Origin: Piedraia hortae CBS 480.64 | Taxonomy: Eukaryota | Direction: 5' to 3' | DNA: 64,000 nucleotides | Assembly: GCA_010093745.1 (NCBI GenBank) | Contig: MU005977.1 | Location: 124,116 to 188,115, forward strand | Shown here: positions 32,644 through 43,603 of the stretch, piece by piece | Position numbering within the stretch: the first letter of the stretch is position 1 | Layout: every line of letters begins with the position of its first letter | Position numbers and translations under genes: made by a program | The notes under the pieces: generated by a model | The model's input: the letters and a program-made list of their open reading frames with translations, nothing else | The model's database searches: none | What the model was told of the DNA's origin: nothing

Positions 32644-34435
32644 TTAAAACATGCCGCCCATTCCACCCATGCCGCCCATGCCGCCTGCGCCCATACCGCC
32701 CATTGGGGGTCCTTTCTCCTCAGGCGCCTCCACAATGGCAACCTCTGTCGTGCCGAGAAGGGAGGCCACGCCAGATGCATCCATCAGACCGGTGCGGACA
32801 ACCTTGAACGGGTCAAGAATACCAGCCGAGATCATGTCGACGTATTCACCCTTTTGGCTGTCGAAGCCCTTGTTGAAATCTGAAGCGTATTCGTCCATCA
32901 GCTTTCCGACCACAACCGAGCCCTCGGTACCGGCGTTCTCCACAATCGCACGAGCCGGGCGCGTGATGGCCGACTTGACGATCGAGACACCGAGCTGCTG
33001 ATCAAAGTTCTGCGGCTTCAGGTTGTTCAGGGCGTTGGCAGCCGCCTTGAGCAGAGCGGTACCGCCGCCAGGAAGGATTCCCTCCTCAACAGCGGCACGC
33101 GTGGCGTTGAGAGCGTCAACCATGCGGTCCTTCTTCTCGCCAACCTCAACCTCAGAGGCACCGCCAACCCGGATGACGGCAACGCCGCCAGACAACTTAG
33201 CCAAACGCTCCTGCAGCTTCTCCTTTTCGTAGTCGCTGGTGGTGGGATCCGACATGACGCCACGGATCTGCTCGCAACGCTGGTTGACAGCGTCCTTGCT
33301 GCCCTCGCCATTCAGGATAACAGTGTCTTCTTTGGTAATGGTGATGCTACCCGTGGAACCGAGCATGTCAGGCGTCGCCTTTTCCAGCTTCATATCTAAT
33401 TCATCCGTGAAGACCTGGCCGTTGGTGAGGACGGCAAGATCGCCGAGGATGCTCTTGCGGTTGTCACCGAAGCCAGGCGCCTTAACGGCAGCAACCTGCA
33501 GCTGACCACGCAGCTTGTTGAGGATACAGACGGCAAGCGCCTCGCCGTCAATGTCTTCGGCAATGATCACCAAGGGCCGGCGCTGCTGCTGTGAGATCTC
33601 AAGAGCAGGCACAATGTCCTGCACGGCCGAGATCTTCTTCTCCGACAAGAGCAACAGAGGCTTCTCAAACTCGACCTTTTGCGCCTTGGTGTCGGTGATG
33701 AAGTAGGGCGAGATAAAGCCGCGGTCAAACTTCATGCCCTCCGTTACCTCCAACTCGTCCTCAATTGTCTTTCCCTCCTTGACGGTGATGACACCCTCCT
33801 TTCCGACCTTCTCCATGGCGTTGGCCAAGAGCTTGCCGATGTGAGTATCGCCGTTCGCCGAGATGGTGGCCACCTGGCTGATCTCTTCAGACGTCGTGAT
33901 GTCGCGCTTATGCTTCTGAAGGTACTCTACCACCGCTTCCACTGCTGCCTGTGTTCCCCTCCGGAGGTCCATAGGATTACAACCAGCAGCAACGTTCTTG
34001 ACCGTCTCGGAGAAGATTGAGCGGGCGAGAACGGTTGCCGTGGTGGTTCCGTCGCCGGCGACTTCGTTCGTTTTACTGGCCACATCCTGCAGAAGACGCG
34101 CGCCAAGGTTCTCAAATTTGTCCTTCAGAGTCACCGCTTTTGCTACCGTTACACCGTCTATAGAGGATCAACCAATGTCCGTCAGTTGAGACAGGCTACG
34201 CACCTTTAGTAATCTTTGGGGAGCCATAGCTGGACTCAATCAAGACATTACGGCCTTTGGGCCCCAGGGTAGTTGCTACAGCTTTGGCGAGAGTGTCAAC
34301 GCCCTGCAACAGCGCCGCGCGGCCCTCGACTCCAAACTTGAGCTCCTTGTGCGCAAACCGCTGCTGGCCCCTCAGTCCTATCCGCGACGAGGCACGAGCT
34401 GTGATGCGAGAAGAATTAGAAAGAGCGCGTTGCAT
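32644..34435 (-). CDS. HSP60: Mitochondrial chaperonin 60; intron 34158-34203
   Basis: Presequence [47 protein letters not shown] tail. Confidence 0.98.
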
Positions 34436-34624
34436 GATGAAATATTGTACAACAGAGGGTGGTAAAAGGTGTCTGGAAAATTATTTGCATCGAAGGATCT
34501 CGAGCTGCGCTTGGACCACCTGATTGCCTCATATGGCCTAGCTCCTGGACATCATCTTTTCAGGTGAACTCGACACACACAAAGTAGGGCAATTCCTCCA
34601 TCACTTAGGTGTCGTTGCTCATCG

Positions 34625-35514
34625 TCAGAGGGTGTAGAATCGATCTCCAAAATCTCCAAGGCCAGGGACAATGTAACTGTGGAGATTAGAACAGAACTCA
34701 ACGACCATGAAACCACGTACTTGCGCTCATCCAGGCCCTCGTCTACAAAAGCCGTGACGATTCTAACCTTAGGGTATTGTCGGGCAAAGTTCTCAGTACC
34801 CTCGGGCGAAGCAATTAGATTGAGGAACAAGATGTGGTCCTCAGGCACTCCTCTGGAACGCAAAACATCAACAGCCATAAGTGCAGAGCCACCTATCTGA
34901 TGTCAGATGCAAATATACTAGTACACACAACCTACCCGTGGCAAGCATGGGATCCAGGAGCAGCACCCAGCGCTGACTGATATCCTCAGGCAGCTTGTCA
35001 TAGAACAGCTGAGGCTTGCTGGTTTCTTCATCACGTTGAATTAAAATCTTGCCTATACGAACGCTGCGGCAGCATTCACGCAGAGCCTGCTCCATGGCCT
35101 CGCCGGCACGCATAATGCTGACTCCGCAGATCTTGCCCTCGAAACGGACACCGGCATATGTGCGGCCCACGGGAGTGGTTATCGTCTGTGGCAGGACCGG
35201 AAGGTGATTTAATGCTTCCTCGACCAAAAGGCGATTGACTCGATTGCTATAGAAGATAAAATCGGCGCGGGTAGTGCGCTTATCACGAATCATTCTGATC
35301 CGTTGTCAGCTTTATAAATCCAAATACTGCAGCAGACGCACGTGAGTAGAGCAATCAGTTGCGGTGTCTGCTGCATAATATGGACATTTTCATGTAGAAC
35401 AGTGGACGAAACCGTCGCCGCGGGCTTCTCATCGTGCGGTCGGTAGCCAGGGCCCACACGGCAGCTTGGCGCCCGCTGTATGACTTGTCCGGGCTGCTGC
35501 AAATTGCTCGCCAT
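34625..35514 (-). CDS. FUR1: Uracil phosphoribosyltransferase; 3 introns
   Basis: QTPQLIALLT|MIRDK..RADFIFYSNR, CGVSIMRAGEAME, IGKILIQRDEET, LLLDPMLATG|G, PGLGDFGDRFYTL. Confidence 0.94.
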
Positions 35515-35652
35515 GTTGGTCCCAAGTTGCAGCCGTCACCGATCCCTTACCTGCGCTAGTGAGAAGGTTCGGCCCGCAAAGGCTTGCATCGGCCCGAACC
35601 GACCAGTGACACGTCGTGGTGCTGGTTGTGACAACCACGTTACCCGTCAAAC

Positions 35653-38600
35653 ATGTCACTAAGGAAGCCGAAGGTGGTGGGATACGGAAAATCACGATCA
35701 AAGTACCTTAATAACTGGCTGGACGATGATTCGCTGGCCACACGAAGCAATGCGATTAGTAAGAAACCCGAACCTGCTTCGACTGCGCCCAAAGCTCCGG
35801 AAGCTGCGCACGACCTAATTGGCGGGCAAGAGCTACCGTCCCTATCGACAGAAGGTTCGGAGAAGTTGAAGCGCAAACTCGGCAAAGATGTTGCAAAGAC
35901 AACGCCCGAATCTGAAAACAGTTCTTCGGAGCTTTCAGAACTGGACGAGTTACCTATCACTAACCCCAAGAACATAGGCAAGGGTGTGGCTAAAAAGGGA
36001 TCCCAACTCGAGAGCGCAAAAAATATTATTAATTCGGCAACAGTCGCTACAGAGCCTAAAGACTTAGCTACACGCGCGTTCAGGACTACGCGCAATTCAA
36101 AAGCCAAAGGGCTTAACGCTGCAAAAACCTCAGATATAGCCACAGCCAATGTGCAGACGACCGTAAAACCAGTAAACCCGCCAGTCAAGGCAAAAAGAGG
36201 GCGTCCCAGAAAGAATGTGGCTGCAAAGTCTCCTGGAAAACCTGCGGCGAGTGAAAGTGCGACGGAACCCTGCCAAGCAGTAGCAACTAATACGGCATTG
36301 GAGAAGGCAAAGAAGGCCGTAACTCCACCCAGGCCAAGTAAATTACCAGATGTACCTTCACATGAGACAGCAAATGCCAAGTCAGTCGGTGAAAGTTCTC
36401 AACTACCAGATCAAGTCACGCTTAGGCCTACGTCAAATGACTTGTCACAAAACCTAGACATTCACGCTGGTCAAGAGTCTGCGCTCACGACAAGTGACTC
36501 TCTTAAAACCGTTCCTGAACCTCTGCACAAAACTCCAGAGCCACAACCCACAGAAAGACGCGCAACAAGAGCAAATGTATCTGCTACTGAAGTTGCAGCC
36601 AATATGAAGACGCGTTCAGGGAAACTCTTTGACGAGCCGAAAGTGGCACCAGTGAGCAAAGCCAAAGGAGGCAGGCCTAGGAAGAAGGCTGCCGCAGCAG
36701 TTGAGACCACCGTACAAGATGGTATTGCGGCGGACACTGCTGTGGCTGACACGCCGAACAAGGCTGTGGCCACCGCTTCCAAGGGATCTGGCGAGGCCAA
36801 AAGAGTCCAAAGTAGCAAGCGCGGTTCGGCCACCACCGATACTGCGGACATTATCATGACAGGTGCGCCTAGCAGATTGAAGGGTGTTAAAGTGGATAAA
36901 GCTACAGCCCCGAAAGATGCAGAGAATGAGGAACTTTTGTCGGAGCTTACAGACTTGACCTCTGAGGAAGAACCTGAGCGTGTTGAAAAGACAACGAAAG
37001 CTCATGGAAAACTCAAAAAGCAGACGGCAGTTATCGACCAGACCGAGACCAAGGCGAAAGCCGAGGGTAGAGTTACCAAGGCCGAGGTAGCAGTCAAAGT
37101 CTCGAACAAGGCAGAGATGCCGGGCAAGCTACAAGGTGCATTGCGCAGTAAAGCGAAAGTCAGGGATGCCATGCTTGAGTCTGATACATTTGACCTGGAG
37201 AAATCTTTCGGGACAGAGGAAAAATCAAAAATGCCGGCGAAGCGCAAACCGGCGTCTAAAGCCAAGGCCGAAACCGTACCCAAATCTCCGAGCAAAATTA
37301 CCAAGTCGGGCAGAGCTTCCAAGCAGACTCGCACAGCGAAGAGTCCACCGAAACCAAAGCCCACACCGGTAGCCAAGGGGAGGAAGGAGGCGGCTGTGTC
37401 TAAACCTGAGATGGTCAGTGAGATGGAGCCAGATGTCCATGCATCCCCCAGGAGCAGCTCGCCTTTACCTGCAGCTGAAATACCGGAAGAAAGTTTTATG
37501 GATATCGATCAGCCCGTTCCAGAGTCGAGTCCGGTGCAGACCAAGCAGCCAGGAGGTGTCGATTCCAACGAGACTAACAGCTCGAGGGGAGTCAAACGCA
37601 CCCGCATGAGGCCGTTGACTACACAGGATGACATTTTCGACGTGGCACGGCCAGTTGATACTTCTTCTGAGAAGCTCAACCCGCACAAGCGGCTGAAGAT
37701 GACTCCTACAACGGGTAAGGGCTTGGCAAGCAATGCCCTCGAAAATCCACCGAGTCCGCCCGAACCACAGACAGAAGAAAAGCTTCCGGCACGGCGGGTT
37801 CGTATGGTCGACCGACTCAAAGCCTGCGCAGTCCCCAGCAGTGACCCCATCTTATCCGAGTCCGAGTCTGAAGAAGCCCAACCGACTCAGCAGAGCGTTT
37901 CCCAGTCCAACCTAACCTTTACGCAGAGCCAAACAGGCTTGGCCAAGATTACATATGCACGCACAAGGTCCTATCTAGCCGACGACGAGGAGGATCTCCT
38001 ACAACCGCAAACGGTCTTAGACTTCCCATCTGCCGTCTCCGACACCGACACCGGACCTGGAGTCCGCTCGATCCACGAGCTCCGCGCAGCGGGACGCACC
38101 GACCGCTTCTTGCGCGACGCAGAGGGTCTAATCGAAGAGATCACAACCGCAACCTCGGAGTCAGACTCCCAACGCAAAGCCCTCGTTCAACTCGCCAAGA
38201 AACTCCTTGATAAAGACTTTGCCGAGCGTTTCAGCACATACGGCTTCGCGGACACACTTTCCCCCCTCTGCATCACTTCCGTTCCCTCCAACCCAACGAG
38301 CGATTTCCTCCTCGCGGCCATCTTCGCATTAAGCAACGCCTCCCCACCCCAAGACTGGCTTATCCGGATCCTTAAAACCCCATCCCATCCACCAAAAGTG
38401 GACATATCTTCACGCCTATGTCGCGTAGCGGGTCTATTCCCCATCACCCCCTCCCCAGAGGACATAACAACCAAACTCCTCGGCATGAAGATCATCGAGC
38501 GCAAGCTCGTGGTTACACGTCTCCCCGTTTCCGAAACAGTAATCGAAACCCTCTCCTCAACGGGGGATTCGCTACCCGAGAAAATCATCCAGACCGAGGT

Positions 38601-39411
38601 CCTCACCGCGTGGAACACGACCAGCTCCTGGCCCGAGGGTGCGCTAGTCACGCTAGCGAGACTTGTAAAAATCTTCACTAAAGAGGAGAACTCCATTGGG
38701 GGAAAGAAGGGGGAATATCTCTTCAAACTGTTCACGACAGTTTTGAATCTCTCGTCGTCGAACGGGAGGAATTGTGCTGTTTTTGCAAAGGAGGGGATTG
38801 TGCATCACCTTGTCGGGTTTATTACGCGCATGTTTGAAGATGAAGAGGGGGGAAATGATGCGCTTAATAACCTTGTGCTGGCGCTGGGGATTGGGATTAA
38901 TCTCTTTGAAGGGGATGATGCCACGGCGAGGGAGATGGGGGTTGATGAGGCTGAGGGGTTGGTGTTGCTGTTCGAGAGGGCGAGGGGATTTGAGACTATG
39001 GGGAAGGAGTCGCAGGGGAAAGGATCGGGAAAGGCGAATGGATCGGGGGGAAAGTTGAAGGGGAAGGCTAGGAAGACGGCTGCTCTTCCTCTTCCTCTTG
39101 CGGAGGTTACGGATGGATCCGGCGAGGGTGATTTAACTCCCCATAAGGTTCGTTTGGGATACCTTGCTGTTCTCCTGGCAAGTCTGTGTCGGGAGAAGAA
39201 GGCAAGGGAGAAGACATGTCTCCCTCATTTGGAAAAGGTGCTCGATGAGTTTGTTGAAACGTATCGCCGTATGGATCGGCTGAATGCCCAGTCTGATCTG
39301 GCTGCTTTGCAGCAGGAGCTGGAGGGCATCGAAGAGCCGGAGCTCAAACCCGGCCGGAACCTCACCGAAAAGTTGCAGCATGTTCTTGATCGGCTGAGGG
39401 GGTTTATGTGA
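35653..39411 (+). CDS. Wings-apart-like cohesin release factor (Wpl1/Rad61-like) with long basic disordered N-terminus
   Basis: RVRMVDRL, KITYARTRSYL, VRSIHELRAAG preceding a helical domain, as recalled for filamentous-fungal WAPL proteins. Confidence 0.7.
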   Translation: MSLRKPKVVGYGKSRSKYLNNWLDDDSLATRSNAISKKPEPASTAPKAPEAAHDLIGGQELPSLSTEGSEKLKRKLGKDVAKTTPESENSSSELSELDELPITNPKNIGKGVAKKGSQLESAKNIINSATVATEPKDLATRAFRTTRNSKAKGLNAAKTSDIATANVQTTVKPVNPPVKAKRGRPRKNVAAKSPGKPAASESATEPCQAVATNTALEKAKKAVTPPRPSKLPDVPSHETANAKSVGESSQLPDQVTLRPTSNDLSQNLDIHAGQESALTTSDSLKTVPEPLHKTPEPQPTERRATRANVSATEVAANMKTRSGKLFDEPKVAPVSKAKGGRPRKKAAAAVETTVQDGIAADTAVADTPNKAVATASKGSGEAKRVQSSKRGSATTDTADIIMTGAPSRLKGVKVDKATAPKDAENEELLSELTDLTSEEEPERVEKTTKAHGKLKKQTAVIDQTETKAKAEGRVTKAEVAVKVSNKAEMPGKLQGALRSKAKVRDAMLESDTFDLEKSFGTEEKSKMPAKRKPASKAKAETVPKSPSKITKSGRASKQTRTAKSPPKPKPTPVAKGRKEAAVSKPEMVSEMEPDVHASPRSSSPLPAAEIPEESFMDIDQPVPESSPVQTKQPGGVDSNETNSSRGVKRTRMRPLTTQDDIFDVARPVDTSSEKLNPHKRLKMTPTTGKGLASNALENPPSPPEPQTEEKLPARRVRMVDRLKACAVPSSDPILSESESEEAQPTQQSVSQSNLTFTQSQTGLAKITYARTRSYLADDEEDLLQPQTVLDFPSAVSDTDTGPGVRSIHELRAAGRTDRFLRDAEGLIEEITTATSESDSQRKALVQLAKKLLDKDFAERFSTYGFADTLSPLCITSVPSNPTSDFLLAAIFALSNASPPQDWLIRILKTPSHPPKVDISSRLCRVAGLFPITPSPEDITTKLLGMKIIERKLVVTRLPVSETVIETLSSTGDSLPEKIIQTEVLTAWNTTSSWPEGALVTLARLVKIFTKEENSIGGKKGEYLFKLFTTVLNLSSSNGRNCAVFAKEGIVHHLVGFITRMFEDEEGGNDALNNLVLALGIGINLFEGDDATAREMGVDEAEGLVLLFERARGFETMGKESQGKGSGKANGSGGKLKGKARKTAALPLPLAEVTDGSGEGDLTPHKVRLGYLAVLLASLCREKKAREKTCLPHLEKVLDEFVETYRRMDRLNAQSDLAALQQELEGIEEPELKPGRNLTEKLQHVLDRLRGFM

Positions 39412-39595
39412 CAGAAGAGGTAGACAAGTATGATGATACCCATGCGAGGAGAAAAAGGCAGACAGGTAGCGTATGAGGCCAATAGTCAATGCAGTTGAGA
39501 TGGGTTAGTTTTCCACACGTCAGAATCAGTACTGATACACTCTAATTCTACTCGTAAACCAATGTACAATTACAAATACATGAGTCGTCATGGCA

Positions 39596-41382
39596 TCAGC
39601 CCATCAGTGATGGCCGTTCAAAAGATACCATGTTTATCGGCAGCTCCATGGGGACCTCGTCAGCCGGCTGTCTGAAATCAAATTCCATCGCCTCCCGCTC
39701 CTCTTCCATTTCCTCTTCAGACGGAGCACTGCCGTCTGCGCTCGTCTCGTGCGTGCGCTTATGCTGCGCCAGGTTGTCTGACCGCGAAAATGCCTTGCTG
39801 CAGAGGTTACACGTATACGGCCGCTCCTGCGTGTGCGTGCGAACGTGCCGCTTCAGATGCTCTAACCTCTTAAAAAGCCGTCCGCATGTGGGGATCGGAC
39901 ACGAGTGGCTCTTGTGCGGGTAAGGCCCAACCTCTGTCGCCGTCGCGCTGTGAGCTCTCCGGAACACTCCGTTGGCTGCCCGCTGCACGCGGCTATTGTA
40001 TGGCGATGAGCGGGGCTTGCTGTCGGACGAGTCACCGCCGGCTGGCAGTGACTGGCGCAGGTCGCTGGGCCGGTACATGCCGTGGAAGCCGTTGTTGAGG
40101 AGCGAGGTCCGGCGTCGTTGCGGTTTGTAGGCTGGCGAACCATCGAATGCGCCGTAAATGGTAGACGGAAAGGCGCGGCCGGCGAGACTGGCCATGTATG
40201 AGTTGTAGGCATGCATGTTAGAATCAGACGTTGCCGAATACAGGCTGGTTTCGTCGTTGGCAATGTAGGCCGTCTCGGGGGCGCCACCGACGGCGGGCTG
40301 CGGCGGTGTCAACGGCTCGAAGCTGATGGCGCGTTGGCTGTAGTCTTCCATCGATGACGAGACGAACGAAGGGGCGGGTGAATACTCCATATAGGCCGGC
40401 ATGGAGCTGTGGCGGTTGGTGACGTGGGCGAGCGGCACGCTGGAACGGTCTAGGACGGGGTTGACCGACTGCTCACGCGTTTTGAAAACTTGGGACGCCA
40501 TGGGAGCCATAGCCATCTGCGAATACGCGGGCATGGGTGTCAGTGACGACTCATCATGCATTGCTGGTGGCATACTGGGAGGGGGCATGGCGGACACGGA
40601 CGGGAACATCTGCGGCGGTGGCATGCTCTCCGCCGGCGCCGGAGACGCCGGCTGCGATGGCGGCACCGTGAGCGCCGTCTGGTTGTCACTCTGCGCCTTG
40701 GTGAGTTGCTCAAAGAGCGACTGCGACGAGTCAAACTCAAACGACAATGCCGGTTCGCTGACCGCAACCGTCGTCGGTTCTTGCGACATCTTCTCGCGCT
40801 TCAGATCGCGCTCGAGCGCATCCAGGAACAGCCGGTCGTGCGGTACGCTGTACCAATAAAACACCTTTTGCTTCTTTTGCGTGCGAATGCAGTTGTTCTT
40901 GTACAAAAAGTCCAGGAACAGGCTCTTGGGCTCTTCCAACGACGCATCGGTGCCCGATTTGAGGTTGCGCAGGTCCGAAAAGATGCCCTCTTCGAACTTT
41001 TTAGAGTTTTTGACAGGTCTCCCAAACGCCTGGAAGCGAAAGGTCAAGCACCTGACAATGTCTGTCCCGGATATGTGGAACAGATTGTTCCTAAGCTGTC
41101 AGCAACACCTACTGCATGCGCGAGTCAGACACACCAGAGCACGCAGGACACATATTCGCCTGTGGGCAGTAGGAAGCGACGGATATACTGGTCAGGGCTC
41201 CAGTCGACCGGCGCCGAAATTAAAAAGTACTTGAGATTCTCCACTTGCTGGAGCGCGACGACTGCATCGCTCGGCAGACTCTGCTGTGCGTCGCGATCTA
41301 GCAAAAAGGTTTCTGGCGCAACCGACCGTGAGGGCGGCGGAGCCATGGACGCGTGTTGTTGTTGTTGCTGGGCGGTAAACAT
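39596..41382 (-). CDS. STE12: Ste12/SteA transcription factor (STE homeodomain + two C2H2 fingers); one intron about 41092-41135
   Basis: [99 protein letters not shown]. Confidence 0.96.
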
Positions 41383-41956
41383 GACTTCAAACACGGCGAG
41401 ACCAGCTCGCTACGGTGATGGGAAAAAAAGGTAAAATGAGGTGAATGCAAACGTTTGGGGTTTGCGAATGATCTGAAGTTCAAGAGCGTGATGGTCAAGT
41501 AGGTGCTGGGGGGGGGGCGAGGTGGCTTTGAAACAGAGCGTCTGTTTCGGCGCCAGAGCGGCTCCTATCTCTTTTGGGCTTAGCGGAGGGGCTTCGCAAC
41601 AGGGCTTGGCATGTGTCCAAATTGGCGCATTAACGCTAGCTAGGCGATGGCAGCCCGTAACACACCGACATCAGCCAACATTAGTTTAGCTGCGGCCCCC
41701 ACTTGATGCGCCAGACCAGGAAATGCGAGTGGTGTGGCGGGAACAGCCGGCCATCTGGTCATGTGCTACCAAGGCTGGACCGTTCGATGCGGGACACGTT
41801 TGGTCTGAGCGCCAACCTCGCGGGATCGGTTTCCAAGGGTTTCGCGTTCTTAGGGTTAGCTTTGTAACTCGGCTCTTGGTCCCCGACGCATCTCAGCGGA
41901 GCATTTACAGTTCTGAAACCCCAGCGACACGTTTCATCGACGCATAATGCATGCCT

Positions 41957-42661
41957 CTAATGCCTGTGGATGGACCGGATGTCGTTCGATGATAGCTTCA
42001 ACGTGCCCCCGCGGAACTTGCCCACGGACGGCACTCCAATTCCTCGTTCTCTCTTTCGTTGCTTCGTCTTTGTCTTCTGTAGCCGTTCCAATATCACACC
42101 GTTTTCTTTGGCCTCTTTCCGCCGCTTAATCTCACGCTGGTCCTTTTTGGCTATTATGCCCTTGCGATGCTGCATCGGCATCTTCTCCTGTTCGCTGCGC
42201 GCCCCCAACTCCTGCAGCCGCAGGTCCACTGCCTTCAAACGGATTTTTCCCGGGCGATCTCCAACAGCACCATTGCCGAAAGTCAATGGGTCCAGAAGGT
42301 GAGCTTCTTTCAGAAGTCTCTGGAGCTCCAGATCGTTTCGGAGGTTGGCTCGTTCCTCGTCGTCCGTCTCCACTGACGCCATGGTAGAGCTTGGTTTTGC
42401 CTCTTTGGTATCTCTCCGGTCTACAGCCTCGTATTGTCTCGGAGCGTCATGCAGCACGACTTCCACCTGGTCGTCTTCTGAAAACCCTTCCCATTCTTCC
42501 CCATCATCAACGTCATCTTCTACAGGTTGTTCGACAATTTCTGGCCGTGTCTCTCTAACTTCCTTGGGCAGAGGTCGAAACTTGGCCTCGTAAGCTCTTT
42601 TGAAGCTCGCCCGAATCGCATCATCCACGTCCTCACTACTATCCCGCTTACCTCTGTCCAT
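41957..42661 (-). CDS. FAF1: 40S/SSU processome assembly factor Faf1-like
   Basis: NLRNDLELQRLLKEAHLL, KMPMQHRKGI, RRKEAKENGVIL, PSVGKFRGGTLKLS. Confidence 0.75.
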   Translation of the reverse strand: MDRGKRDSSEDVDDAIRASFKRAYEAKFRPLPKEVRETRPEIVEQPVEDDVDDGEEWEGFSEDDQVEVVLHDAPRQYEAVDRRDTKEAKPSSTMASVETDDEERANLRNDLELQRLLKEAHLLDPLTFGNGAVGDRPGKIRLKAVDLRLQELGARSEQEKMPMQHRKGIIAKKDQREIKRRKEAKENGVILERLQKTKTKQRKRERGIGVPSVGKFRGGTLKLSSNDIRSIHRH

Positions 42662-42778
42662 GTTTACAAGGTGGGGTGCATTAGGAAGGTTGGAGGTTGC
42701 ACGCGGAATTTCCCCGGCTTGGCACACATTAGTCAAAAGACTCGGCCTGCGTGATAACGGGACTGTGTAAGCTTAAAC

Positions 42779-43603
42779 ATGACCCGCTTTCGACCATGCA
42801 TCGACCTGCACTCTGGCGCAGTCAAACAGATTGTCGGAGGCACCCTGAGCAGTAACACTGCTGGTCTAAAAACAAACTTCACATCTGACCAGCCTGCTGC
42901 TCATTTCGCCCAGCTTTATCGCAAATATGGGCTACGAGGAGGGCATGTAATTATGCTGGGCCCAGGCAATGAGGCTGCGGCCCGCGATGCCCTCGACGCC
43001 TGGCCTGGTGAATTGCAGGTTGGTGGTGGTATAAACAATAACAATGCCACACAATGGATTGCAGCTGGGGCAGGGCGAGTCATTGTGACATCGTTTCTAT
43101 TTCCCGCGGGTGTTTTCTCGCTTCAGAGGCTTTTGGCAGTGTTTCAGGCTTTAGGTGGCGATCCAAGTAAGCTCGTTATCGATCTCAGTTGTCGACGTGT
43201 CGGCAGTGGGTGGAGAGTGGCCATTGATAGATGGCAAACCATTACCGAGTTTGAGGTCACAGCTGGTGAGTCAACTCGTTGAAATGAGAGCTGAAGCACG
43301 CTGAGTCCAATAGATTCTGTAAAACTACTTGAACCATACTGCAGTGAATTTCTCATTCATGCGGCCGATGCAGAAGGCCTGCAGGCCGGTATCGATCAAG
43401 ATCTGGTTTCGCATCTGGCACGCATCTGTTCCATTCCCGTCACATATGCAGGAGGAGGACGGGGCATTCAGGACCTGGAATTAGTTGAGCGATTAAGTGG
43501 TGGCCGTGTTGATCTCACTATCGGCAGTGCCCTGGATATATTCGGCGGCAGCGGTGTCACTCTGCGGCAATGCTGTGATTGGAATACATCTAGAAATAGC
43601 TAA
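42779..43603 (+). CDS. HIS6: ProFAR isomerase (histidine biosynthesis); intron about 43266-43312
   Basis: [79 protein letters not shown]. Confidence 0.95.
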
